NCBI GenBank assembly: GCA_030615855.1
Contig: JAUWYL010000008.1
Location: forward strand, 1-40,190
Reading direction: 5' to 3'
Length of the DNA: 40,190 nt
From: a bacterium
Lineage (GTDB): Bacteria > UBP18 > UBA7526
The position numbers and the translations under genes were made by a program. Below are positions 1-9,439 of this stretch, piece after piece. A model generated the notes under the pieces. It was not told the origin of the DNA and made no database searches. It saw nothing but the letters and a program-made list of their open reading frames with translations. How positions within the stretch are numbered: position 1 is the stretch's first letter; each line of letters opens with the position of its first letter.

Positions 1-833
1 CTTATATGATCTGCGATGATGCGCAGCGTCAGATCCTTTATTTTATCCTGGCCATATCTTACCCCGGATAGAGAAGTAGTATAGTCAATAATTGGCTTCA
101 AGAGGTCGGTGTCAAAAGTATTCTCTTTCTCCTGGAGAATCGTGGCCAATCTCTCTAACCCCATTCCAGTATCGATGTTCTTCCTGGGCAGAGGTCTCAG
201 TCTTCCCTCATGGTCCCGGTTGTACTCCATGAAGACTAGGTTCCAGACCTCTAAGAATCTATCACAGTCACATCCTACACCACAGGTCGGTCTACCACAA
301 CTATACTTCTTCCCTCTATCGTAGATGATCTCAGAGCAGGGACCGCAGGGACCGGTGGGGCCGATGGCCCAGAAGTTATGCTCACTTCCCAACCTCACAA
401 TTCTACTCTTGGGGATCTTCTCCTCTTTATGCCAAATGTCGAAGGCCTGGTCATCCTCCTCATAGACCGAGACCCATAGCTTCTCTTTGGGAATCTTTAA
501 CTCTTTTGTCAGAAACTCCCAGGCCCATCTAATGGCTTCTTTCTTACCATAATCTCCAAAGGAGAAGTTCCCCAACATCTCAAAGAAGGTGTGGTGCCGG
601 GCGGTCTTTCCCACATTCTCAATATCATTCGTCCTTAAGCATCTCTGAGAGGTAGTCGCCCTCCTCAGATCTGGCTTTGTTTCTCCCGTAAAGATAGGCT
701 TGAAAGGGAGCATCCCGGCAATAGTCAATAGAACGCTTGGATCCTCAGGGATCAAGGAACCAGAGGGCTTGATAGTATGCCCTCGCTCCTTAAAGAATTC
801 TAAGAACCTCTCCCTTATCTCATTTCCCCTCAT
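1..833 (-). CDS. alaS: Alanine--tRNA ligase, N-terminal part (runs off the window edge)
   Basis: Not in the ORF track. Hand translation from ATG 833: [46 protein letters not shown]...[34 protein letters not shown]...IDTGMGLER, all AlaRS motifs. The recX-alaS order is common. Confidence 0.97.
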   Translation of the reverse strand, partial: MRGNEIRERFLEFFKERGHTIKPSGSLIPEDPSVLLTIAGMLPFKPIFTGETKPDLRRATTSQRCLRTNDIENVGKTARHHTFFEMLGNFSFGDYGKKEAIRWAWEFLTKELKIPKEKLWVSVYEEDDQAFDIWHKEEKIPKSRIVRLGSEHNFWAIGPTGPCGPCSEIIYDRGKKYSCGRPTCGVGCDCDRFLEVWNLVFMEYNRDHEGRLRPLPRKNIDTGMGLERLATILQEKENTFDTDLLKPIIDYTTSLSGVRYGQDKIKDLTLRIIADHI

Positions 834-1467
834 TCTCCGTCCCCTTTAACTCTTTCATGACTTCTTGGATGATATCGTAGGAGAAGCCCCTTCTCTGTAA
901 GAAGCCATAGAGCTTCCTCTTAGTAGTTACCTCATCTAAATTCTGGTAAGACCTCTTTAGTTTCCTCTGGGCAAGTTCGCGGGCCAACTTTATTTCTTCT
1001 TCTTCTCGGTAGTCATTCAGGATTTTCTCAATTAAATCCCTGTCAATACCTTTCTGGATGAGTTCCTGATAAAGTCTATATCTGCCCATGGGCCTGGTCT
1101 TTATTCTGCTCTCCACCCACATTCGAGCAAACTCTTTATCATTGAGAAACTTTAATCTCTTCAGGCTTTTGATTACTTCAAGGATAATTTTTGAAGAATA
1201 ATCCTTCTTCTTTAACCTATCCTGAATTTCCTTTATACTTCGCGGTCTATAGGAAAGGAGTTTAAAGGCATAGTCCTTTGCTCTTTTTATCTCCTCTTTA
1301 TGAAGGATCTCCTTTATTCTTTTCTTGTCTACTTCCTGGCCGACCTTGAGGCCTAAGACAGCGACAATCTCTTCATCCACCCCGCATAAGAATTCATTAT
1401 TTACAAAAATCGACCTTCTCTTGAAATGCCTCTTCTGAAGTTTGATATCTGTAATCTTACTCTTCAA
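820..1467 (-). CDS. recX: RecX family regulator
   Basis: Motifs [29 protein letters not shown] and [10 protein letters not shown]; lies upstream of alaS. Confidence 0.93.
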   Translation of the reverse strand: MKSKITDIKLQKRHFKRRSIFVNNEFLCGVDEEIVAVLGLKVGQEVDKKRIKEILHKEEIKRAKDYAFKLLSYRPRSIKEIQDRLKKKDYSSKIILEVIKSLKRLKFLNDKEFARMWVESRIKTRPMGRYRLYQELIQKGIDRDLIEKILNDYREEEEIKLARELAQRKLKRSYQNLDEVTTKRKLYGFLQRRGFSYDIIQEVMKELKGTENEGK

Positions 1468-2896
1468 TCCTGAGTTCTACCCTCTTCTTTTCTTTCTCTT
1501 CTTTAGCACTTAATTTAATCTTCTCTTCTGGAATTTTTGCTTCCTTGATTAAGTAATCAGCCACTTTCTTGGCTCTCCTTTGGGCCAGGCTGGTTCCTTT
1601 CCATAACCCCTTTTCACTTAAGGGATCGACATATCCTTCGATATGGAGGGGGGTGGCGGGATACTTTATTAAGAGGCGGGACAGGTCCACCAGTTTAGTA
1701 ATCGCTCCTTTGGCCAATCTGGCGCTTCCTTTGACAAACTCGATGGGAAGAAGGTAGATCTTAGACATCCCTTCTTTGGTGAAGACCAGTTTGGCCGCAG
1801 AACCAAAGGGACCAATGATCGTCTCCTGAACGGCCCTTATCAAAGCCTTGAGAAGTGCCGGACCGATTTTGAAGTCTGGATCGGTAATATCACCCTTTAC
1901 GGGAATATTCAATCTTATTTTTCCTTCATTATCTCTTAAGACGGTGGCCAGAGTAGCGGGGCCCATGCCCATCACCTTTATGAGGGAAGGTTTGGCGCCG
2001 AGGAGAGGCTGGAGTTCAAGCCCTTTGAATACCGCTCTATTCATACAATCCAATTCGTTCTTCTCGCATTCGAGTTCTGCCTCCAGGTCCATTTTCCCCC
2101 GCATTAATTTACATGAGGTGATCTCTCTCTGATAGGGAGCGAAGGGAAGGAGATCCAGATCTTTGACCTTCAAGTTTAGACAGAAATCAAAGGGCTCTCT
2201 GAATGAGTCAATGGTACCTCCTGCTTCTAAGGGGGTATTGTATAAATTGCCCGTTAGGTTATACTCTATTCCTGCTGGAATCCTTCCTGAGAGATTGGTC
2301 GCCTCTCCCCTTACCTCTCTTAACTCTGTAGTCAGCCCTTCTTCAGTTATCATTCCATCCTTGAAGATAATCTTCCCATCTTCTACTTTTGCCTTGAGCA
2401 TAATGAAAAACCATCGGGGCTTGCGATACTTCTTCCTCTTGGGAAGGTTCCACTTACCCTCACCATCTCTTTCGATGAAGAGTAGCGGTTCTTTAAAGAG
2501 CATATCATCCATTACTGTCTTCATCCTGAAGAGCTGGCGGAAGTAGAAACGGCCTTCTCCTTCCGGGCAGTAAAAAAGGGGCCTTTCGCTTATCTGGTTG
2601 GAACTTATTATCCTAAAGCCTTCAAGGCGCACTGTATCCTGGTAGATATTGGCCTCTACTTTATCTATTCGCACCCGAACAGTGAGGCGCTTCTCAATGT
2701 TATAGATGATGATCTGCTCTGTGATGAAGGCCGCAATGGAGTTAGCCTTTATGATGATAAGAATAAGAAGGACCAAGATAGCAACGAGAGTAAGTAGGCC
2801 CCCTATTTTCCTCCTAGGTTTTTTCCCCCTTCTCTTTTTCCTCTCTTTAACAAAGTACCACCTGCCAGTCTTTAAATCCTTCCTTAAGGGGTCCAT
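1457..2896 (-). CDS. DUF748 (AsmA-like) protein with N-terminal membrane anchor and C-terminal OmpA-like domain
   Basis: TM helix, then 'PLLFIERDGEGKWNL' and 'LRDNEGKIRLNIPVKGDITDPDF', then OmpA-like 'IEFVKGSA...IEGYVD...LAQRRAKKVADYL...RVEL'. Confidence 0.75.
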   Translation of the reverse strand: MDPLRKDLKTGRWYFVKERKKRRGKKPRRKIGGLLTLVAILVLLILIIIKANSIAAFITEQIIIYNIEKRLTVRVRIDKVEANIYQDTVRLEGFRIISSNQISERPLFYCPEGEGRFYFRQLFRMKTVMDDMLFKEPLLFIERDGEGKWNLPKRKKYRKPRWFFIMLKAKVEDGKIIFKDGMITEEGLTTELREVRGEATNLSGRIPAGIEYNLTGNLYNTPLEAGGTIDSFREPFDFCLNLKVKDLDLLPFAPYQREITSCKLMRGKMDLEAELECEKNELDCMNRAVFKGLELQPLLGAKPSLIKVMGMGPATLATVLRDNEGKIRLNIPVKGDITDPDFKIGPALLKALIRAVQETIIGPFGSAAKLVFTKEGMSKIYLLPIEFVKGSARLAKGAITKLVDLSRLLIKYPATPLHIEGYVDPLSEKGLWKGTSLAQRRAKKVADYLIKEAKIPEEKIKLSAKEEKEKKRVELRIEE

Positions 2897-2979
2897 ATCT
2901 TTCCTTCAGGTATTGTTTATTCGTGTAGATTCGTGTTTTGTTTATTACATTCTTGCCTAACAGTTCGTGTCTATTCGTG

Positions 2980-4536
2980 TTACTTCTTTTTGAAGAGTTC
3001 TCCCAGGCCCTTAATTACTTCCTTTGCTGCTTCGGCCTCTTCCTTGCCCACGGCCTTCTCCAGCTCTTCCTCTACTGTCTTCTCTATCGCCTTCTTGATC
3101 ATCTTCTCCCATTTGGGCTGAAACTTGGGGTCCTGGATTGTTCCCTTTAGTTCAAAGGGCAATAAGGCATTCCCTTCTTCGTCTTTCAACTGAACCGGGA
3201 CATTTGAGGACTTGATGAGTTTGGGAGTGGTTTTTAGTGTAATGTCGAAATCGAGCCTGCCCAGCAGGGAGTAAGACCCTTGGGCAGATATTTTCATTAA
3301 GTCACTATCCAGTTTGAAATCCTCAGTCGTAATCTTGGCTTCTCTTAGGTCGAAGTGGCCGCCCAGGCTATTATAGGGAATCTCTACTAAGGAAGGAATG
3401 GGAAGGACATGGGAGAGAAAGCTTAGACATTTCTTCTGTAAGGGCAGACCGCTTATCCTTCCTTTAGAAAGATTTACAAACCCCTTTCCCTTGGCATTCT
3501 TGACCAATCTCTTTCCCCTCCCCTTTGCCTCTATCTCCAGATCAGTGGCCAGGGTTCCATAGACCATATCCTTCATTGTGGTAAGAGAAGAGAGAAGATC
3601 GTTTATGTTCATCTTCTCTATCTTTGCTTTCAAGTCATATTCTGTTTTCTTGAGATCGATCTTTGCTTCTGCCTTCAATTCTCCCTGACAGGTTAGGACC
3701 TTTAGACTCTCTATAGTAAGCAGATTGTTTCTGAACTCATAAGGGATTTCCAGTTTAGAGATCTTCAGGGGTTTCTTCGTGGTAGGATTCATCTGGGCAG
3801 TCAAATCATTCAGGCTTATCCTTCCCTTTGAGGCAAACCCTTCCTTCATCTCAATGCTGGAAGTTAAATCGATGCCGGTCTTTAAAGACTTGAGGGCTGC
3901 CTTGCTCCTATCCTCAAGAGAAACCTCCCCCTTCTTAATAGCAATTTGAGAGATGGTCAGAGCCAAACGCTTCTTTGCCTTCTCTTCTTCTGTGGCAGCA
4001 TAGGCGTAGGAAGTAAACAATTTAGGTTGTTCGCCAGTTTGCCAGTTTGCCAGTTTGCCAGTTTCTTCGCCCACCTGCTCACTTTCCCACCTGCCTGCCC
4101 CGTTGGAAGCCAAAGGTTTTCCTTCGGGGCTCACTTTCTCTGTGCCCTCTGTGGTTGCAATGCCAGAGAAGTTCCAAACACCCTTCCTATTCCTCTCCAA
4201 AAGGATCTTTGGCTCAAGTAGAATGACCTTTTTAATGACCAGTTCCCTATGGAGCAGGGGAAGGAGTTCATACTTGACCACAATCCTCTTTCCGGAAAAG
4301 ATAGGCTCTTTGGCAAAGCCTTTCTTATTGGCCACTGTCACCTTATCCAACCTTATGCCTCGTAGAAGGACAATCCTCACTCGTTCAATGTTCACTTCCC
4401 GGCCCAAGATGGGCTTCGCCTTTGTTAAGGCCAGGTCCTTCAGTTTTGGCGACGTGATGGGAATGGTGCAGAGCAAGACGATAAGAACAACAATCACCCC
4501 AACAATAATACCTCCGATTTTAACCGGTTTTTTCAT
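2980..4536 (-). CDS. AsmA family protein (short paralogue)
   Basis: N-terminal TM helix, 'LLPLLHRELVIKKVILLEPKILLERNRKGVWNFS', and an AsmA-like C-terminus '...LPFELKGTIQDPKF'. Confidence 0.85.
   Translation of the reverse strand: MKKPVKIGGIIVGVIVVLIVLLCTIPITSPKLKDLALTKAKPILGREVNIERVRIVLLRGIRLDKVTVANKKGFAKEPIFSGKRIVVKYELLPLLHRELVIKKVILLEPKILLERNRKGVWNFSGIATTEGTEKVSPEGKPLASNGAGRWESEQVGEETGKLANWQTGEQPKLFTSYAYAATEEEKAKKRLALTISQIAIKKGEVSLEDRSKAALKSLKTGIDLTSSIEMKEGFASKGRISLNDLTAQMNPTTKKPLKISKLEIPYEFRNNLLTIESLKVLTCQGELKAEAKIDLKKTEYDLKAKIEKMNINDLLSSLTTMKDMVYGTLATDLEIEAKGRGKRLVKNAKGKGFVNLSKGRISGLPLQKKCLSFLSHVLPIPSLVEIPYNSLGGHFDLREAKITTEDFKLDSDLMKISAQGSYSLLGRLDFDITLKTTPKLIKSSNVPVQLKDEEGNALLPFELKGTIQDPKFQPKWEKMIKKAIEKTVEEELEKAVGKEEAEAAKEVIKGLGELFKKK
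4033..4156. repeat. Stack of short repeats in frame within asmA paralogue 2980..4536
   Basis: (GCCAGTTT)x4 at 4033-4064; CACCTGCTCACTTTCCCAC at 4072-4090; hairpin GCCCCG...CGGGGC at 4097-4130; CTCTGTGCCCTCTGTGGTT. Confidence 0.8.
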
Positions 4537-4557
4537 CTCTTTCCCTCCTTAGTACTA

Positions 4558-4680
4558 GGTTGGTTACGGTTAAGGTTACGATGCCCGTTTCGTCTCTCGG
4601 TTACGGTTACGTCATTACCTAACCCTTTGACGTTACCGATACGGGCTTCGTTGCCCTAATTCTTTAACGTAACCTTTAGC
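4558..4680. repeat. Intergenic GGTTAC/GTAACC inverted-arm repeat
   Basis: GGTTACGGTTAAGGTTACG...CTTTAACGTAACCT. 4638-4655 matches the reverse complement of 13782-13799 at 17/18 positions. Confidence 0.65.
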
Positions 4681-4711
4681 TTATTCGTATCTTTTCAGGT
4701 TACTTCTGCGT

Positions 4712-7291
4712 TTATTCTTTTTTCTTTTTAAAGAGATCCCCAATACCTTTGATTACTTCCTTAATTGCTTCGGCCTCTTCTTTGCCTACTGCCTTTTCTA
4801 ATTGTTTTTCTGCCTCGGTCCTGATTGCCTTTTCTATCATCCTCTCCCATTTGGGTATGAATTTAGGTTTCTGGGTAGTGCCCGTTAACCTAAAGGGAAT
4901 GACTACATTTCCTCTTTCGTCTTTCAGGTGAGGTGGTATAGGAGAGGCACCGATCAAGAAGGGAGTGGGCTTAACCATGACATCAAAGTCCAGCCTTCCA
5001 TCGAGGAAGTAACTCCCAGAAGCCAAGACTTTCATCTCCTTACCATCCAGATTGAAGTCGTTTGTCTTCACTTCTCCTCCTGCCAAGTTAAAGTGGCCGG
5101 AGAGGCTATCATAGTGAATCTCTTTTATCTCTGGTATCTGAAGAATGCCCAATAAGAACCTAATGAGTTCCTTCTGGATGGTGACGCCAGTAATTTTCCC
5201 ATTAACGAGATTCAGATAGCCCTTTCCCGAGGCATTCCTCTCTAAATCCTTTTGGTCTGTTCCTTTACCGCTAATCTCTAAATCCAATCCTAAAGTGCCA
5301 TAAAACTTATCCTTCAGATTAGTATTGGCGGTCAAGAGTTTATTTAGGTCAATTTCCTTAGCATCGGCCTTTAGGGAATACCCCAATTTTTTAGGGTTAG
5401 ATAGATTCAAGCTGCCAGAGGCATTGAAGTTCCCCTGATAGAGGTTGGTCTTGAGGGATTTGATAGTGAGTAACTTTTTCGCCAATTGGAAATTATAGTT
5501 TAAGTCAGTATTTGACAGTTTTAGTTTATCAACCTTGAGTTGGGAAATGCCAATATCTCCAGCAAGATTTATCTTCTTTGTGGGACCAGTTATCCTGGTA
5601 TTTAGAGAGGCGATTCCCTCTATAACTGGTCCTTTCTTCGCTCCGGGCTTAGCAGTGATATTGGCCAGTTCACTCAGGATCAATTTATCTGAGGTCAGAA
5701 GAATATCCAATTGTGGTTTCCTGAAGTTAATAATCTGGCCCTTCAGGGCCAGATGGGAACTTCCCAGATTGGCGGAGAGTCTTGGAATATCGATGTTCTT
5801 TTTATCGAACTTTATACTTGACTTTATATTGCTCAAAGGCTGCTTGAGTTTGGCATACTTAATGGTATCATTATTCAGGTTGAGCACTCCATCTATCTCA
5901 AGCTCCTTCAGTTTCCCTTTTAGGTTGGCTCTCAGGTCAATGGTCCCTTCTGCCTCAATCTCTTTTAGAATGGGTGCCTTAACAAAAGAAGAGGCAAGGC
6001 TCTTTGCTTTCTTTAGTGGAATTTGGTCAGTAGAAAGAGAGAGATTTAACATCTTCTCCTTTTTGAAGTCGTTTATCTTGCCTTTAGCATTTAGGGATAT
6101 CTCCTCTATCTTCACATTCAATCTTATTATATCAATATCACTCTTTTCTAGGTCGATCCCTAAATCATGGTCTATAGAAAAACTCTCTAATTTTATGGGC
6201 AAAGGAACTCTTCTGGTCATGATGAAAACAAGATTGTTTAAAGCAATTTTTCCAGAAGAAGATATTTTCTCCTTTCCCCTTAATCCCACATCTAAACCGA
6301 TATCCAACTTTGCGCTCTGAAGTTTCCCAGGAAGGAAGGATTTATAGTAGGGAGCGAAATAGATTAAATTGAGGTCGTCAATATCTATTCTGGCATCTAT
6401 ATCCATCTTATCCTTAAGGGTAAAGGGATTGAGAGAGGCCTTTATCTTTAGAGGTGAAGCCATCTCTTCCGGGATACTTAAAGCGATATCGAAGTCTGCT
6501 TTCTCTTTCTGCGAGATATTGCTTACCAGGATATTGAGGTCTTCTACGGTTATCACCTGAGGGATAACCTCATCATTAAAGATTATCCTCCCCTTCTGAA
6601 TGACAATACTAGAAACAGTAACAGCCATCTTTTTTGGTTTATCTTCTCCAGTGGCAGCATAGGCTAAACGCTGATGGCCGCTGATTTTTGGCGCAGATGC
6701 CGGATGCGCTTCGCCCTGAACCATATGGTTCAGGGCTTCGCTGGCATCCGAGAGAGCATGAATATCAAGCAATGACCGCTGATATCTGCGTAAATCTGCG
6801 CTTTGATCTGCGGTCATCTGCGTCTTGCCAAGATCGGAGAAGCTCCACCTGCCCTCTTTATCTCTCTCAATAAGTATCTGGGGCTTAACCAGAACAACCT
6901 TCTTGATGACCAATTCCTTATGAATTAGAGGAAGGAGGGCATATTTAACTACCATCTTATCCGTCTTGAAGAGGGGAGTTTTAGAGAAGTCCTCATGGTT
7001 GGCGATCTCGATATTCTCAAATGCCCCTCCCCTTAAGAGATAGAGCTGGAAGTCTCCTATGCTCACCTTGCGGCCCAACTTAACCTCTACCTTGGCTAAG
7101 ACCTCATCCAAAGAGATTCCAAACTTAGAGAGCATCTTCGGTGAAATGGGAACTAAAGTAACAACTACCCCAACAGCAACAATAAGGATTAAGATGATAC
7201 TTAGAGTAATTTTCAACCATTTTTTTCTTCTCATTCTTCTTCCTTTTTCTGCCCGCTCTACTCCATAGTTTAATGCTTTTTTATTAAACAT
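4712..7291 (-). CDS. AsmA family protein (long paralogue); alternative start at 7234
   Basis: Same N- and C-terminal motifs as 2980..4536 (LLPLIHKELVIKKV...GRWSFS; PFRLTGTTQKPKF.PKWE.MI.KAI) with extra beta-rich segments in between. Confidence 0.85.
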   Translation of the reverse strand: MFNKKALNYGVERAEKGRRMRRKKWLKITLSIILILIVAVGVVVTLVPISPKMLSKFGISLDEVLAKVEVKLGRKVSIGDFQLYLLRGGAFENIEIANHEDFSKTPLFKTDKMVVKYALLPLIHKELVIKKVVLVKPQILIERDKEGRWSFSDLGKTQMTADQSADLRRYQRSLLDIHALSDASEALNHMVQGEAHPASAPKISGHQRLAYAATGEDKPKKMAVTVSSIVIQKGRIIFNDEVIPQVITVEDLNILVSNISQKEKADFDIALSIPEEMASPLKIKASLNPFTLKDKMDIDARIDIDDLNLIYFAPYYKSFLPGKLQSAKLDIGLDVGLRGKEKISSSGKIALNNLVFIMTRRVPLPIKLESFSIDHDLGIDLEKSDIDIIRLNVKIEEISLNAKGKINDFKKEKMLNLSLSTDQIPLKKAKSLASSFVKAPILKEIEAEGTIDLRANLKGKLKELEIDGVLNLNNDTIKYAKLKQPLSNIKSSIKFDKKNIDIPRLSANLGSSHLALKGQIINFRKPQLDILLTSDKLILSELANITAKPGAKKGPVIEGIASLNTRITGPTKKINLAGDIGISQLKVDKLKLSNTDLNYNFQLAKKLLTIKSLKTNLYQGNFNASGSLNLSNPKKLGYSLKADAKEIDLNKLLTANTNLKDKFYGTLGLDLEISGKGTDQKDLERNASGKGYLNLVNGKITGVTIQKELIRFLLGILQIPEIKEIHYDSLSGHFNLAGGEVKTNDFNLDGKEMKVLASGSYFLDGRLDFDVMVKPTPFLIGASPIPPHLKDERGNVVIPFRLTGTTQKPKFIPKWERMIEKAIRTEAEKQLEKAVGKEEAEAIKEVIKGIGDLFKKKKE
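6666..6826. repeat. Nested palindromic element in frame within asmA paralogue 4712..7291
   Basis: Perfect 24-bp palindrome at 6713-6736, inside CGGATGC/GCATCCG, inside CGC(A/T)GAT / ATCTGCG arms. Confidence 0.85.
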
Positions 7292-8568
7292 CAGAGTTTA
7301 ACAATTTTTCTATTCTTTATTCCCTTTGTTGCATTCCGGCTATCAATGATCAATCTGGCCCTCTTCACGATCTCAGGATAATTAAAAGCAGCGTGATCGG
7401 TAGCAATGACTACGCAATCTTGTCTTTCTAATAGAGGGGCTTTCTGGGATCTGAACACCTTTCCATCCAATCTTAGTTTAGGAACGTGGGGATCATGATA
7501 ACTGACCTTTACCCCTTTCTTCTCTAATATCCTGATGACGTCTAGGGCGGGTGACTCCCTGGTATCTGAGACATCTCTTTTGTAGGCCACTCCTAAGATT
7601 AAGACCCTTGAACCTTTGAGGGCTTTCTTTTTCTTATTCAGAGCATCTTCTATTCTTTGGACCAGAAACTCGGGCATCTTGCTATTGATCTCACCCGCCA
7701 GTTCGATGAAGCGGGCACAGAAGTCCAGAGTCTTTAACTTCCAGGAGAGGTAATGGGGATCAACGGGGAGGCAGTGACCTCCCAATCCTGGACCAGGATA
7801 GAAGGGCATGAAGCCGAAGGGTTTTGTCTTAGCAGCCTCAATCACCTCCCAGACATCTATGTCCAGCCGATGACACATCAAAGCGATCTCATTCACCAGG
7901 CCAATATTTACACTGCGGAAGGTGTTCTCTAAGAGTTTAACCATCTCGGCTATCTCAGTTGAGGAGACAATAATAACTTCGCCTACGATCTCTTTGTACA
8001 GAGCCTTAGCCAATCGGGCACACCCTTTGGTAATTCCTGAGACTATCTTGGGGGTATTTTTTAAGGTATATTTTTTATTGCCAGGATCGATCCTTTCTGG
8101 AGAAAAGGCAAGATAAAATCTCTTCCTGGTTTCTTTCAGGATGGGAAGTATGACCTCCCTGGTAGTACCAGGATAGGTAGTGCTTTCTAAGATAATCAGC
8201 TGATTATTCTTCAAGTATTTGGCAATCTTTTTTGTAGCAGAGACGACATACGAGATATCGGGATCCTTTGTCTTTCTCAAAGGAGTGGGAACACAGATGA
8301 TAATCACATCCAGTCCCTTTAGGGCTTTAAAGTCAGAGGTGGGTTTTAAAGACCCCTTCTTTATTAGCTGGGCTACCTCTTTTCTCCCCACATCTTCAAT
8401 ATAATGCCTTCCCATTTTGATGCGCTTTATCCTTTCTCTGTCAATATCTATTCCGGTTACCTTAAATCCTGCCCGAGCAAACTCACAGGCCAAGGGGAGA
8501 CCGACATATCCCAAGCCCAAAATTCCGATCCTGGCCTTTCTCTTAACAATCTTCTCCTTTAAACTCAT
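7291..8568 (-). CDS. Nucleotide-sugar 6-dehydrogenase (UDP-GlcNAc/UDP-glucose dehydrogenase family, WbpA-like)
   Basis: GLGYVGLP, CVPTP, ESTTYPGTT, SPERIDPGN, catalytic GGHCLPVDP, AYK.DV.D.RESP. Confidence 0.93.
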   Translation of the reverse strand: MSLKEKIVKRKARIGILGLGYVGLPLACEFARAGFKVTGIDIDRERIKRIKMGRHYIEDVGRKEVAQLIKKGSLKPTSDFKALKGLDVIIICVPTPLRKTKDPDISYVVSATKKIAKYLKNNQLIILESTTYPGTTREVILPILKETRKRFYLAFSPERIDPGNKKYTLKNTPKIVSGITKGCARLAKALYKEIVGEVIIVSSTEIAEMVKLLENTFRSVNIGLVNEIALMCHRLDIDVWEVIEAAKTKPFGFMPFYPGPGLGGHCLPVDPHYLSWKLKTLDFCARFIELAGEINSKMPEFLVQRIEDALNKKKKALKGSRVLILGVAYKRDVSDTRESPALDVIRILEKKGVKVSYHDPHVPKLRLDGKVFRSQKAPLLERQDCVVIATDHAAFNYPEIVKRARLIIDSRNATKGIKNRKIVKL

Positions 8569-8620
8569 ATTGCCTCCTTATGCAATATTTTTGTTCGTGT
8601 AGTTTCGTGTGTTATTTTGC

Positions 8621-9439
8621 TCACATTCTATTTTGCCTTTTTGTGTTGTTTCGTGTTTTCTTGAGGGTACGTCTCTCAATTCTTTTTAAGTATCTTCTCA
8701 TCTTCTTTTCCTTTGCTTCGTTTCCCTTTGCATATTCCTCATAGAACCTCAACTTATTTGTCCTTGTAATATAAGAAGGCATGGATTCATTCAGCCTTGC
8801 CAAGTCCTTTATCCATCTGAAGTCCGAGGCCCTCCTCTTCAAGCGAGCATTTTCGAAATCGAGATAGTAAAATTCATTCCCTTTTACCATAATGTGGCTG
8901 GTGTTTAGGTCGCCATGGGTAAAACCCCTATCATGAATATCTCTGATGCTTTCTGCCAACTTAAAAATAAACTCCCTTTTTTCTTTAATCTTTCCCTTAC
9001 TCAAGGAAGGACGAAGGCTATTTACATAAAGGCTCAAGTTTTTTGCCTGAGAGAGTTCTTCAGTAATTAGAAAGCATTTCTTTAGCAGGCGAAGGTTTCT
9101 TTTCTCGCCTATCGCCAAGGGCTCGGCTACTGAAATCCCCATCTTCAAGAGTCTATTGCCAAGCACAAACTCCCTCATTGCCTTTGAGGGTCGATAGAGG
9201 TCGGTCCAGGCCTTCCCTATTCCCCGGGGCTTATACTCCTTTAGGACAACCTTCCCCTCGTTTACCTGGAGGGAGAAGATATTTGAACGTTGGCTATCAT
9301 CTAAGAGCCTTGCCTCCCTCCTCCTAAATAGATTATCCGGATTTTCCAGACCGAGTTTCAGGAGAAGCTCCTGATATTCCTTCTTTAGCTTTATTCTCCA
9401 CTCTCCCCTTTTCAGGGTTAGGAAGTCGTTTCTCGCCAT
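8621..9439 (-). CDS. Lipopolysaccharide kinase (WaaP/KdkA/InaA family)
   Basis: VVLKEY, SKAMREF, FLITEEL, HGDLNTSHI, YLDFE, IKDLARL; LPS core gene context. Confidence 0.85.
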   Translation of the reverse strand: MARNDFLTLKRGEWRIKLKKEYQELLLKLGLENPDNLFRRREARLLDDSQRSNIFSLQVNEGKVVLKEYKPRGIGKAWTDLYRPSKAMREFVLGNRLLKMGISVAEPLAIGEKRNLRLLKKCFLITEELSQAKNLSLYVNSLRPSLSKGKIKEKREFIFKLAESIRDIHDRGFTHGDLNTSHIMVKGNEFYYLDFENARLKRRASDFRWIKDLARLNESMPSYITRTNKLRFYEEYAKGNEAKEKKMRRYLKRIERRTLKKTRNNTKRQNRM

